In this document: in pieces, positions 1 to 6,978 of the stretch
Position numbering within the stretch: position 1 is the first letter of the stretch
How the letters are laid out: every line of letters begins with the position of its first letter
Assembly (NCBI GenBank): GCA_052246995.1
Contig: JBQPWD010000008.1
Coordinates: 1-20,630 of the forward strand
From: Candidatus Bathyarchaeota archaeon
GTDB lineage: Archaea > Thermoproteota > Bathyarchaeia > Hecatellales > Hecatellaceae
Length of the DNA: 20,630 bases
Reading direction: 5' to 3'
Notes under the pieces: model-generated
The model's database searches: none
What the model was told of the DNA's origin: nothing
What the model saw: the letters and a program-made list of their open reading frames with translations, nothing else
Position numbers and translations under genes: made by a program

Positions 1-358
1 GAAACTCACCCATATCAGGAAGAGGATACGGTACGGTAGGAAGATGAATAGAAGGCTCCACAGTATGCCATTCAGAAAAATTCAGTTTTACACCTCCTAT
101 AAGTCAATGGAGCTAGGCTTTAAGCCGGAAACCGTTAAAGCGGAAAACACCTCTAGGACATGTCCGGTATGTGGCGAGTTGAATAAGCCGAATAGGCATG
201 TCTTTAAATGTGGAAAGTGTGGCTTCCAAGCAGATAGACACTTTATCGCTGCATGGAATATAGCCATGAAACTTCCAATGTGGGGTGCTTTACCGTTGCC
301 CCCGAAAGCCATCCATGAGGCCATAGCCAAGGTGGAACGGATAGTTATAAAATGTTAA
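1..358 (+). CDS. tnpB: TnpB (IS200/IS605- or IS607-type OrfB) RNA-guided endonuclease, C-terminal part; 5' end outside window
   Basis: Frame open from base 2 (KLTHIRKRIRYGRKMNRRLHSMPF...). TSRTCPVCG...FKCGKCG zinc ribbon and RuvC-III-like DRHFIAAWNI. Confidence 0.9.
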   Translation, partial: KLTHIRKRIRYGRKMNRRLHSMPFRKIQFYTSYKSMELGFKPETVKAENTSRTCPVCGELNKPNRHVFKCGKCGFQADRHFIAAWNIAMKLPMWGALPLPPKAIHEAIAKVERIVIKC

Positions 359-372
359 CTATCCGACAACGG
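278..372 (+). ncRNA. Predicted TnpB omegaRNA scaffold / element right end (element A)
   Basis: ATGTGGGG...CCCCGAAAGCC motif; perfect 10-bp hairpin CGGATAGTTA (338-347)/TAACTATCCG (356-365); ACCGTTG (292-298) complementary to CAACGGT (367-373). 330-371 is identical to the reverse complement of 18020-18061. Boundaries approximate. Confidence 0.65.
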
Positions 373-373
373 T

Positions 374-450
374 TCAACGGAAAATCCCCACATCCTGGAT
401 TTTGCCTCACCACATATCGGGCTATGCTTTTGCCCATTCGGCGCCTTTTC
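374..450 (-). pseudogene. Short scrambled TnpB-like remnant abutting element A right end
   Basis: Minus frame reads EKAPNGQKHSPICGEAKSRMWGFSV (PNG, PICGE and MWG motifs typical of TnpB C-termini); DNA GATGTGGGGATTTTCCGTTG resembles the scaffold start of the other TnpB ends in the window. Confidence 0.5.
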
Positions 451-529
451 CATCGAGGAAGGGCCCAAAAGCGTTATATAAACTTAACTATTTATGAACT
501 GCTGATAAACCCTTTGGAGGGTTTAAAGC

Positions 530-952
530 TTGAGTGAGTTTAAATGTGAGATATGTAGTCTGAGAAATGCCAGGTATGTTTGCCAGTATTGTGGAAAAAG
601 GATTTGCGACTACTGTAAGATTCCAGGTAGGTTTACGTGTATAGAATGCTGTAGAACAAGGGAGGGTTATGGTGAAACTCAAGTTAAGGTTGAAGGTACA
701 CCTTTTCTACCATCAAAGCTCATGTTTATAGGCTTTATAACCATGCTTTTAGGCTTTATATTCATACTTGTTTCAGCTTTTCTTGGAGGCTTAGCTGGAG
801 AAGGCTGGGGTGGAGGGGTTTTCTGGATATTTCCCCTACCACCAATACTTATCGGCTCAGGCCTGACAGGAGTTTCCATACTTTTAACATTTTTAACCTT
901 CATAATTTTTTTCATCATCCTTGTCTTTCTCATGGTTAAAACCTTAAGATAA
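530..952 (+). CDS. Zinc-finger + membrane protein (DUF131-like C-terminus)
   Basis: Four CxxC pairs at N-terminus; hydrophobic segments around GGGVFWIFPLPPILIG. TTG start after GGAGG; TTATATAA box at 474-481. Confidence 0.7.
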   Translation: MSEFKCEICSLRNARYVCQYCGKRICDYCKIPGRFTCIECCRTREGYGETQVKVEGTPFLPSKLMFIGFITMLLGFIFILVSAFLGGLAGEGWGGGVFWIFPLPPILIGSGLTGVSILLTFLTFIIFFIILVFLMVKTLR

Positions 953-962
953 TAAGGTTTTT
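938..962 (+). terminator. Possible terminator hairpin at the stop of 530..952
   Basis: AAAACCTTA (938-946)/TAAGGTTTT (953-961), 6-nt loop, between convergent genes. Confidence 0.3.
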
Positions 963-992
963 GCTAAACCTTTACAAAGTTTTTATCAAAAT

Positions 993-1169
993 TTACATTA
1001 AAGTCTGCCCTTTACATGCAAGCATCAGAAGTTGGCAACATCTTGATTTTGTCGCGACCTGCTTACAGCAAGCGACTCCTCTCTAGTCTTCACAATCTTT
1101 ATTTACAACTATTGGTGTCAATTTTAGACTTAAAATATCCTCAATTTTTCGGCTTAAATTCCTTTTATC
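993..1169 (-). pseudogene. DUF169-like protein N-terminal relic, two frameshifts
   Basis: Across three frames: DKRNLSRKIEDILSLKLTPIVV / IKIVKTREES / KQVATKSRCCQLLMLACKGQTLM*, matching my recollection of the DUF169 start (LxLxxxPVAVK...RxCQxxxxARxG). Confidence 0.55.
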
Positions 1170-1186
1170 TAAGGGATTTTCCAGAA

Positions 1187-1534
1187 TTACTTTTTAACTT
1201 GTAATTTTTCTCTGTTCGCCAGAAGCTCTTCTCTACTACGTTGCACCACCTTATTTTTCTTTATCAACTTGTGCAAGTAAGATAATGGTGGAAAACTTAT
1301 TGCGTGTTGTGGGCATGTGTTTTGGCATGTGGTGCAGCCTACTAGGCAATTTAACGGTCTAGCTACAACCGCTACATTTCTTTCATAATCAAACTGGTAA
1401 ACGTTTCTTCCACAGTTTAAAACGCATATACCGCAGCCTATGCAAAGTTCAGAATCCACAGTGGGATACCAATTTATCTCCTCACGGGGTATACCACGCC
1501 ACGTTTGCTTAATGGCTCCTTCAACATTTACCAT
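1187..1534 (-). CDS. 4Fe-4S dicluster ferredoxin-family protein
   Basis: IPREEINWYPTVD, CIGCGICVLNC and CLVGCTTCQNTCP motifs. Confidence 0.9.
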   Translation of the reverse strand: MVNVEGAIKQTWRGIPREEINWYPTVDSELCIGCGICVLNCGRNVYQFDYERNVAVVARPLNCLVGCTTCQNTCPQHAISFPPLSYLHKLIKKNKVVQRSREELLANREKLQVKK

Positions 1535-1794
1535 TACTGGACACCTGCCTCTCTTAAGGCTTCCTTAAAGGTTTCTTCGCTCGGGCATACCCCTATTATG
1601 CGTATGTCCTTATCAATAACAACAGCGGGACTTGCAGTTATGCCATATTCGTTTAGCTTTGGGTTCATTCCGCGATAGATTTCAATTTCAATTTTGTCTT
1701 TATATTCCTCTCTGATTTTTTCTATCAGTTTGAGCAGCAGCCTTCCGCCTGAACATGGAGGCTCAGAGGTGAAAACTTCAACTTTAACTGGCAT
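1534..1794 (-). CDS. Thioredoxin-fold protein, PPCSGG variant
   Basis: VEVFT-EPPCSGG, YGITASPAVVID cis-Pro motif, C-terminal GVCPS; GGGGGT RBS. Confidence 0.85.
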   Translation of the reverse strand: MPVKVEVFTSEPPCSGGRLLLKLIEKIREEYKDKIEIEIYRGMNPKLNEYGITASPAVVIDKDIRIIGVCPSEETFKEALREAGVQ

Positions 1795-1796
1795 GT

Positions 1797-2057
1797 TTAC
1801 ACCCCCATTTCTTTAAGCGCCGCCTCAATTGTTTGCATGCTTGGACATACACCCATAATCTTTATTTTGCCTTCATTGAAGACTATGGCCGGCACTAATG
1901 TAAGACCGTATTTGCCGAACTCTTCACATGGCCCAACATGTTTTACCACCTCCACTTTATCACCGTATTTTGCCTTAATCAAATCCGCATACTCCAAGAG
2001 TTTTAGGCAGCCTGCACATGGCGGTTCAGCTGTAAAAGTTTCAACCTTTACAACCAT
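1797..2057 (-). CDS. Thioredoxin-fold protein, PPCAGC
   Basis: CxxC, YGLTLVPAIVFN, C-terminal GVCPS; AGGTGG RBS. Confidence 0.85.
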   Translation of the reverse strand: MVVKVETFTAEPPCAGCLKLLEYADLIKAKYGDKVEVVKHVGPCEEFGKYGLTLVPAIVFNEGKIKIMGVCPSMQTIEAALKEMGV

Positions 2058-2059
2058 GT

Positions 2060-2326
2060 TTACCCACCTTTTAATTCCTGTTTTACGGTGTTAAGTAGTT
2101 CCTCCCTACTGGGAACTTTTCCTGTAGTTAAAATTTTGCCATTAACGACAACGGTTGGAGTCATTAGTATATTGTACTTGTCAGCTTCCTCTGAGAAAGC
2201 TGTATACTTCTTTACCTCAATAGCTTCACCAAATTCTTTAACAATCTCCTCACACAGTTTAATTGTTGCTTTACATTTGGCGCAAGGCGGGTCAGATCCG
2301 AAAACCTCTATCTTAACTTTTTTCAT
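2060..2326 (-). CDS. Small redox-active thioredoxin-family protein (MTH895-like)
   Basis: PPCAKC, YNILMTPTVVVNGK...GKVPS; GGAGGTGG RBS. Confidence 0.88.
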   Translation of the reverse strand: MKKVKIEVFGSDPPCAKCKATIKLCEEIVKEFGEAIEVKKYTAFSEEADKYNILMTPTVVVNGKILTTGKVPSREELLNTVKQELKGG

Positions 2327-2382
2327 CCATTACCACCTCCCACAATTTTTTGTTATGTTAACTGAGCTAAACATAAAATCAA

Positions 2383-3459
2383 CTACCTCCAAAACGTGTT
2401 TCCTATGATGAAGGCGGTTATGGTAGCTAATACTACCGTGGTTAGTATGTAAACTAAAGCCTTCTTCACCGTAAACACCCTTGCAATTACAACCATGTTT
2501 GGAAGACTTAAACCAGGCCCAGCTAGTAGGAGGGCAAGGGCTGGACCTTTACCCATACCTAAACGCATAAGCATGTCAACAAACGGAGCTTCTGTAAGCG
2601 TGGCAAAGTAGCTTACAGCCCCTATCAACGTAGCAAGAAAGGTTGGTAAAATGGTGTTTCCGCCAAGCCATGTTTGAATCCATTCTGCAGGTAAAACTTT
2701 ACCTACAACTCCCACAACAAACACACCAACAAGTAGTAGTGGAAATATCATTCTAACAAACCATAGGGTTTCATAAAGCCAGTTTTTAACGGATGAGACT
2801 CCAAGTTTAAACCATGCATAGATAAATGTTAAAGTTACGGGTATAAGGAATAGGATAACCTTGTAAAGATAGGGTTTCCCTACACCAAGGTAGTTGGGTA
2901 GAAGAAGTGTAGCTATAAGCAGAATAAAAAGTATAAGATGTTTTAAACCTGTTACCTGAGTTGGTGTTATGGTTGAAGGGTTAGCAGCCTTCTTAGCCCT
3001 TTCCCTTTCATCCAACCTAAACATGTAAACCATAATTAAGCCAACAATAAAGGCTGTAGATAAGGCTGCAACAATCCTCATTAAAGCCATATCCAAACCA
3101 AGTATTGCTCCGGTATAAACTAAGGCTAGAAGGTTAGTTGCAGGTGCAGTCCAAAGTAGGATAAAGGCTGGCCCTATACTACTTCCCTTCCTATAAAGTC
3201 CAGCAGCTATTGGAATTACAGTACAAGAACAAACAGCCAAACATACACCAGAAGTAGCTGCAAGTGGAAATGAAACAATTTTCCTAGCTGTTGAACCCAT
3301 GTACCTAAGAATAGCTTCTCTTGAAAGAAAGGATGTTATAGCCCCCGCAAGCAGAAAAGCAGGAATTAAACATGTAAGAACATGAAAAGCTACATAGTCC
3401 CATAAAGCGTAAAACCCCGCAAAAATTAAATCTAACAGAAACACACCGTTTTCCTCCAC
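2383..3459 (-). CDS. ArsP/DUF318-family permease
   Basis: Multi-pass hydrophobic protein with HVLTCLIPAF, AVCSCTVIP, YFATLTE, GPALALLLAGPGLSLP motifs. Confidence 0.88.
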   Translation of the reverse strand: MEENGVFLLDLIFAGFYALWDYVAFHVLTCLIPAFLLAGAITSFLSREAILRYMGSTARKIVSFPLAATSGVCLAVCSCTVIPIAAGLYRKGSSIGPAFILLWTAPATNLLALVYTGAILGLDMALMRIVAALSTAFIVGLIMVYMFRLDERERAKKAANPSTITPTQVTGLKHLILFILLIATLLLPNYLGVGKPYLYKVILFLIPVTLTFIYAWFKLGVSSVKNWLYETLWFVRMIFPLLLVGVFVVGVVGKVLPAEWIQTWLGGNTILPTFLATLIGAVSYFATLTEAPFVDMLMRLGMGKGPALALLLAGPGLSLPNMVVIARVFTVKKALVYILTTVVLATITAFIIGNTFWR

Positions 3460-3475
3460 AATTTTAATATCATAT

Positions 3476-3512
3476 TATCGACATATCTAAATATCGCGAT
3501 ATATTTAAATAT
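3476..3512. promoter_or_regulatory. Divergent promoter with candidate ArsR operator
   Basis: 72-bp intergenic gap; perfect palindromes ATATCGCGATAT (3491-3502) and ATATTTAAATAT (3501-3512, TATA-like on both strands); ATATC-N10-GATAT at 3483-3502. Confidence 0.55.
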
Positions 3513-3531
3513 TTTCTAAGCATTATTTAAT

Positions 3532-3876
3532 GTGGTAACCTTGAATAAAGAAAAGGTTATTTCAGAATACAGGGTAAGACTTCTTAATGCGTTAGCAGAC
3601 CCACTTCGGTTGGAGATAGTGGAGTTTTTAAAGGATGGAGAACGTTGTGTATGTGAAATTATCCCGGTTTTTGGGAGAGCTCAATCCACAATTTCTAAAC
3701 ATCTTGACATTCTATACCAAGCAGGAATCTTAGATAGACGTGTTGAGGGAAAACGAACAATTTACAGCATAAAAAACAATCAAGTATTTAAAATTCTTAA
3801 GGAAGTTGACATCTTCATTCTAAATCAGCTTTCACCAGTAACTAAAGCCGTTAAGCTTCTGAAGACTTCTACATAG
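3532..3876 (+). CDS. arsR: ArsR/SmtB-family transcriptional repressor
   Basis: ALADPLRLEIV...GERCVCEI...QSTISKHLDIL; CVC alpha-3 metalloid-binding motif. Confidence 0.92.
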   Translation: MVTLNKEKVISEYRVRLLNALADPLRLEIVEFLKDGERCVCEIIPVFGRAQSTISKHLDILYQAGILDRRVEGKRTIYSIKNNQVFKILKEVDIFILNQLSPVTKAVKLLKTST

Positions 3877-3929
3877 TAGCAACTGTAAAAAAGAGAGTTA
3901 ATTAAGATGTTGTAAAGAATGTGTAAAAA

Positions 3930-4331
3930 GTGACCATTTTGGCTAAGACACTAACAATTGTGCTTTTAACAGGACCTTATACTTCACAGTATGCAGACAT
4001 AGCATGCCATATAGCTGAAAAGGCTTTAGAACAAGGTTGTAAAGTTAACCTCTTTCTTTACATGGATGGTGTTCATGTAGCTGTAAAAGGTCAAATAACA
4101 AACAATTTTCCCAATATTGAAGAAAACCTCAAAAAACTTATCAAAAAAGGGCTTAAAGTTAAAGCATGTGTAAGATGTGCGTCAGCTAGAGGATACGTTG
4201 AAGATGGGAAAACAGTTGAAACTGGCGTATTCTCTACTTCACGGTATGTTGAAGGGGTTACTATAACAGGAATTTATGAGCTTCCCAAATGGATAAGTGA
4301 AAGTGAAAAGGTTATAGTGTTTGGGGATTGA
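3930..4331 (+). CDS. DsrE/TusD-family sulfur relay protein
   Basis: LLTGPY, LFLYMDGVH, ACVRCASARG with conserved active Cys region. Start may be TTG 3939. Confidence 0.85.
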   Translation: MTILAKTLTIVLLTGPYTSQYADIACHIAEKALEQGCKVNLFLYMDGVHVAVKGQITNNFPNIEENLKKLIKKGLKVKACVRCASARGYVEDGKTVETGVFSTSRYVEGVTITGIYELPKWISESEKVIVFGD

Positions 4332-4695
4332 GATAACGGTTAACTCTGTTGTAATACTGGTAACTAAAGCACCTTATGGACATGAAAACGTCTATGGTGC
4401 ATTGTACACGGCTATAGCATGTCAAGAGATGGGGGTTCAGGTTACTGTGATTCTTCTCGGTGACGGAGTATACTCGGCTTTAAAAAAACAGAACCCTGAA
4501 AGAAGTATTGGCTACCCTTCAATTGAGAATCTTTTTTACACACTTTTACCAAACTGTGAAGTTCTTGTAGAGAAATCCTCGTTGGCGGAAAGGGGATTAT
4601 CAAAAGACAACCTTATTGAAGTTGTAAAGATAACAGATAGGGAAGGTGTATGTAAAGCTTTGAAAGAAAAAGGTAAAGCAATTTTAACATACTGA
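4321..4695 (+). CDS. DsrF/TusC-family protein
   Basis: VTKAPYG, LLGDGVY, SLAERGL. Start is TTG 4321 or possibly ACG 4336. Confidence 0.82.
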   Translation: MGIEITVNSVVILVTKAPYGHENVYGALYTAIACQEMGVQVTVILLGDGVYSALKKQNPERSIGYPSIENLFYTLLPNCEVLVEKSSLAERGLSKDNLIEVVKITDREGVCKALKEKGKAILTY

Positions 4696-4777
4696 ATGAA
4701 TGGTTTGAGGTTAAAAATGAGTAAAAATGTTGAAAACTTAACTAAACCTAGAAAATGTTACATTAGGGGAAAGCAGC

Positions 4778-5932
4778 ATGGATAATCCTACAGTTTGTGT
4801 AGTTGTCCCCAGCTTTGCACATGAGGGACAGACAAGGCTTAAAGAGGTGTTAAGCAGGTATTTAGGCAGTTTAATAGAGGTGTTAGAGGTTGCAAGTCTT
4901 TCTGAGGAGGATGTTATTAACACCATTGCAGAGTTTACATTAAAAGCAAAATTCTCCATTATCATTGTTTTAAGCTTTTTAGAACCGTTGACGGTTAAAA
5001 ACATAAAAAACATGTTTTCCATGCCCACCTACAGCTTAGATAACGCTATGATGGAAGTTGCAGGAGCCTACATCAATGAACGTATAGTAGTTTTACTATC
5101 GTCGGAGGAGGAGGAAAAGATATTCTCTTTACATAAACCACTATATGAGGTGACACCAAAACAGATTATGGATGTTAAGGTGGAAAGCTCACCTGAAAAG
5201 GTGGCGGATACAATCATCCAACTTTACAATCAAGGATACAACAAATTCTTTCTTGGCTCTGTAAGGCTTATTACAGATTTTGACCGTGTAAACGAGTTTC
5301 TTCTTGAGAAGATAGGTGTCAGAAAAGACTTAAACTTAATTAACCCATGCTTAACATTCGCCGAATTTTTGTCACAAACAGGGAGAGGTTTAAAAATTTC
5401 ATCTTACGAGATAAGCAAAATATTGCCATGTATTGCCGACCCAACCAAGATTAGGGTTGTAGCTAAGTTTAATACAAGCATTGACAAACTGTTACCCCTG
5501 TTGTACCTCAACATTAAAAATTCAAGGTATAACGACGCTTTAGAAACTTTAACATTTACAACAAAAGATGAAGAAATGATAACCATCTATGGGTCGGGAA
5601 AAGTTTGTATGGGGAAAGTAAGAGATGAGGAAAAAGCTAAAAAACTGTTAAAAATGTTGATGGAAACCTTAAACAAGGCTTACAACTACTATACCGTTCA
5701 CGGCGTCCCACCAGATGAGGCTTTTAACCTGAGAAGTAAGTTAAGCCCAATGCTGGTCTACAACCACCTACCTAAATTAGACTGTAAAGTGTGCGGTGAG
5801 GAAACATGCTACGTTTTCGCCTTCAAGCTTTTATCTGGTGAAAGAAAACTTGAGGAATGCAAGCCACTGTATGTTGAAGGTAGACGTCGTGATAGAGAGT
5901 TTTTAGAAAAAATAGTTAACCCAATATTTTAG
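4778..5932 (+). CDS. Fusion: Asp/Glu/hydantoin racemase-like N-domain + (Fe-S)-binding domain (COG4871/PF04060-like)
   Basis: C-half: LPCIADPTKIR, ITIYGSGKV, LPKLDCKVCGEETCYVFA...LEECKPL. N-half resemblance to racemase fold is weaker (IIVLSFLEP, FFLGSVRL, LINP). Confidence 0.72.
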   Translation: MDNPTVCVVVPSFAHEGQTRLKEVLSRYLGSLIEVLEVASLSEEDVINTIAEFTLKAKFSIIIVLSFLEPLTVKNIKNMFSMPTYSLDNAMMEVAGAYINERIVVLLSSEEEEKIFSLHKPLYEVTPKQIMDVKVESSPEKVADTIIQLYNQGYNKFFLGSVRLITDFDRVNEFLLEKIGVRKDLNLINPCLTFAEFLSQTGRGLKISSYEISKILPCIADPTKIRVVAKFNTSIDKLLPLLYLNIKNSRYNDALETLTFTTKDEEMITIYGSGKVCMGKVRDEEKAKKLLKMLMETLNKAYNYYTVHGVPPDEAFNLRSKLSPMLVYNHLPKLDCKVCGEETCYVFAFKLLSGERKLEECKPLYVEGRRRDREFLEKIVNPIF

Positions 5933-5943
5933 GGGTAAAAACA

Positions 5944-6264
5944 ACGACTCTAATTGTTATCTTAACCAAACCACCATCCCATCAAACAGTAGCAACATTA
6001 CTCAAGATTCTAAACAACGATGAAAAAATTTTGTTGTTTGCTTGTGGAGATGGTGTTTACTCGATAATAGAGGCAAACCCGCTTAGCAACATCATTCACA
6101 ACATTCTTAAGAAGGGTGGCATCATCTACGCTTCCCGTGAAGACATGGATGCACGAGGAGTCACATTCAACCTAGTCATTGAAGGAGTTAGAATTCCAAG
6201 AGACTTTTATGGTATGCTAATCCACACCATAATGAAGGAAGAAAACATTCTAGTAACCATTTAA
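5944..6264 (+). CDS. DsrH/TusB-family protein; extended upstream of the ORF-track start (6031)
   Basis: In-frame TLIVILTKPP...FACGDGVY...EDMDARGV; no ATG/GTG/TTG between the upstream TAA (5917) and 6031; ACG at 5944 lies 7 nt after AGGGGT. Confidence 0.75.
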   Translation, partial: TTLIVILTKPPSHQTVATLLKILNNDEKILLFACGDGVYSIIEANPLSNIIHNILKKGGIIYASREDMDARGVTFNLVIEGVRIPRDFYGMLIHTIMKEENILVTI

Positions 6265-6390
6265 AACAACAAAGGAATTTAAATAAAATTCTAGTAGAGT
6301 TGTAACATGTCTATTTCATACAGTATTGGTAGAGCTTGTATAGCAAAGCATCCTTTATCCATTTTTTTAAGCATAGTTGAAAGTTTACTT

Positions 6391-6594
6391 TTATGGTGGC
6401 TTAACATGTTTAAACTTTTCACTTGCCTGTTCTCCACCTACACCCCAGCTTTCCTTTGGAACCTCGTGAATTATAACCTCAACAGCCTCTTTAGGTACAC
6501 CCATATCGGTAAAAACCTTAGTTACTCCTGATATTACCTTTTTCTTAGCCTCATTTGAAAAACCAGTCCAAACATAAACATGAACAACAGGCAT
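6391..6594 (-). CDS. 4-oxalocrotonate tautomerase family protein
   Basis: 67 aa, N-terminal Pro after Met, VEVIIHEVPKESWGVGG. Confidence 0.9.
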   Translation of the reverse strand: MPVVHVYVWTGFSNEAKKKVISGVTKVFTDMGVPKEAVEVIIHEVPKESWGVGGEQASEKFKHVKPP

Positions 6595-6809
6595 ACAATA
6601 AGTTTCACCAGCCTACTTTAAAAATTTTACGTTTAAAAACTACAACCACAAGGTCACAACAGAGGCAATGTTAACCTCCACAAGAGATTTTTAAGTTTAC
6701 GGTGGACAAACGTGGTTATGCGGCTTTTCTTCATCAACCCTATGACTATTATATACTCTCAGTAACCTCTGGATTGATACAACTTCTACTGTCTAGATAG
6801 ATCAAGTGA

Positions 6810-6854
6810 AGCTTTCTTCCCCTCTATCTTAATTTTCTTAAATGTTTAAGCCAA
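6810..6854 (-). pseudogene. Relic of the N-terminus of a paralogue of the 10675..11049 aspartic protease
   Basis: Reads MA*TFKKIKIEGKKA versus MARTFKEIEIEGKKA. Confidence 0.6.
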
Positions 6855-6978
6855 CAAAAATAAGTTCGTATAATTGTTTATTTTTCCTTGTAACATTCGG
6901 AGTAGTGACGTATATATCTCGCTTAAGAGATTATAACCTTTTGGATAGGTGTGTGAATGTTTTGATGGAGATTGGTAA

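Noticed and set aside
1534-2326. Selenocysteine in the thioredoxins
   Set aside because: No in-frame TGA; PPCSGG is encoded by ordinary codons.
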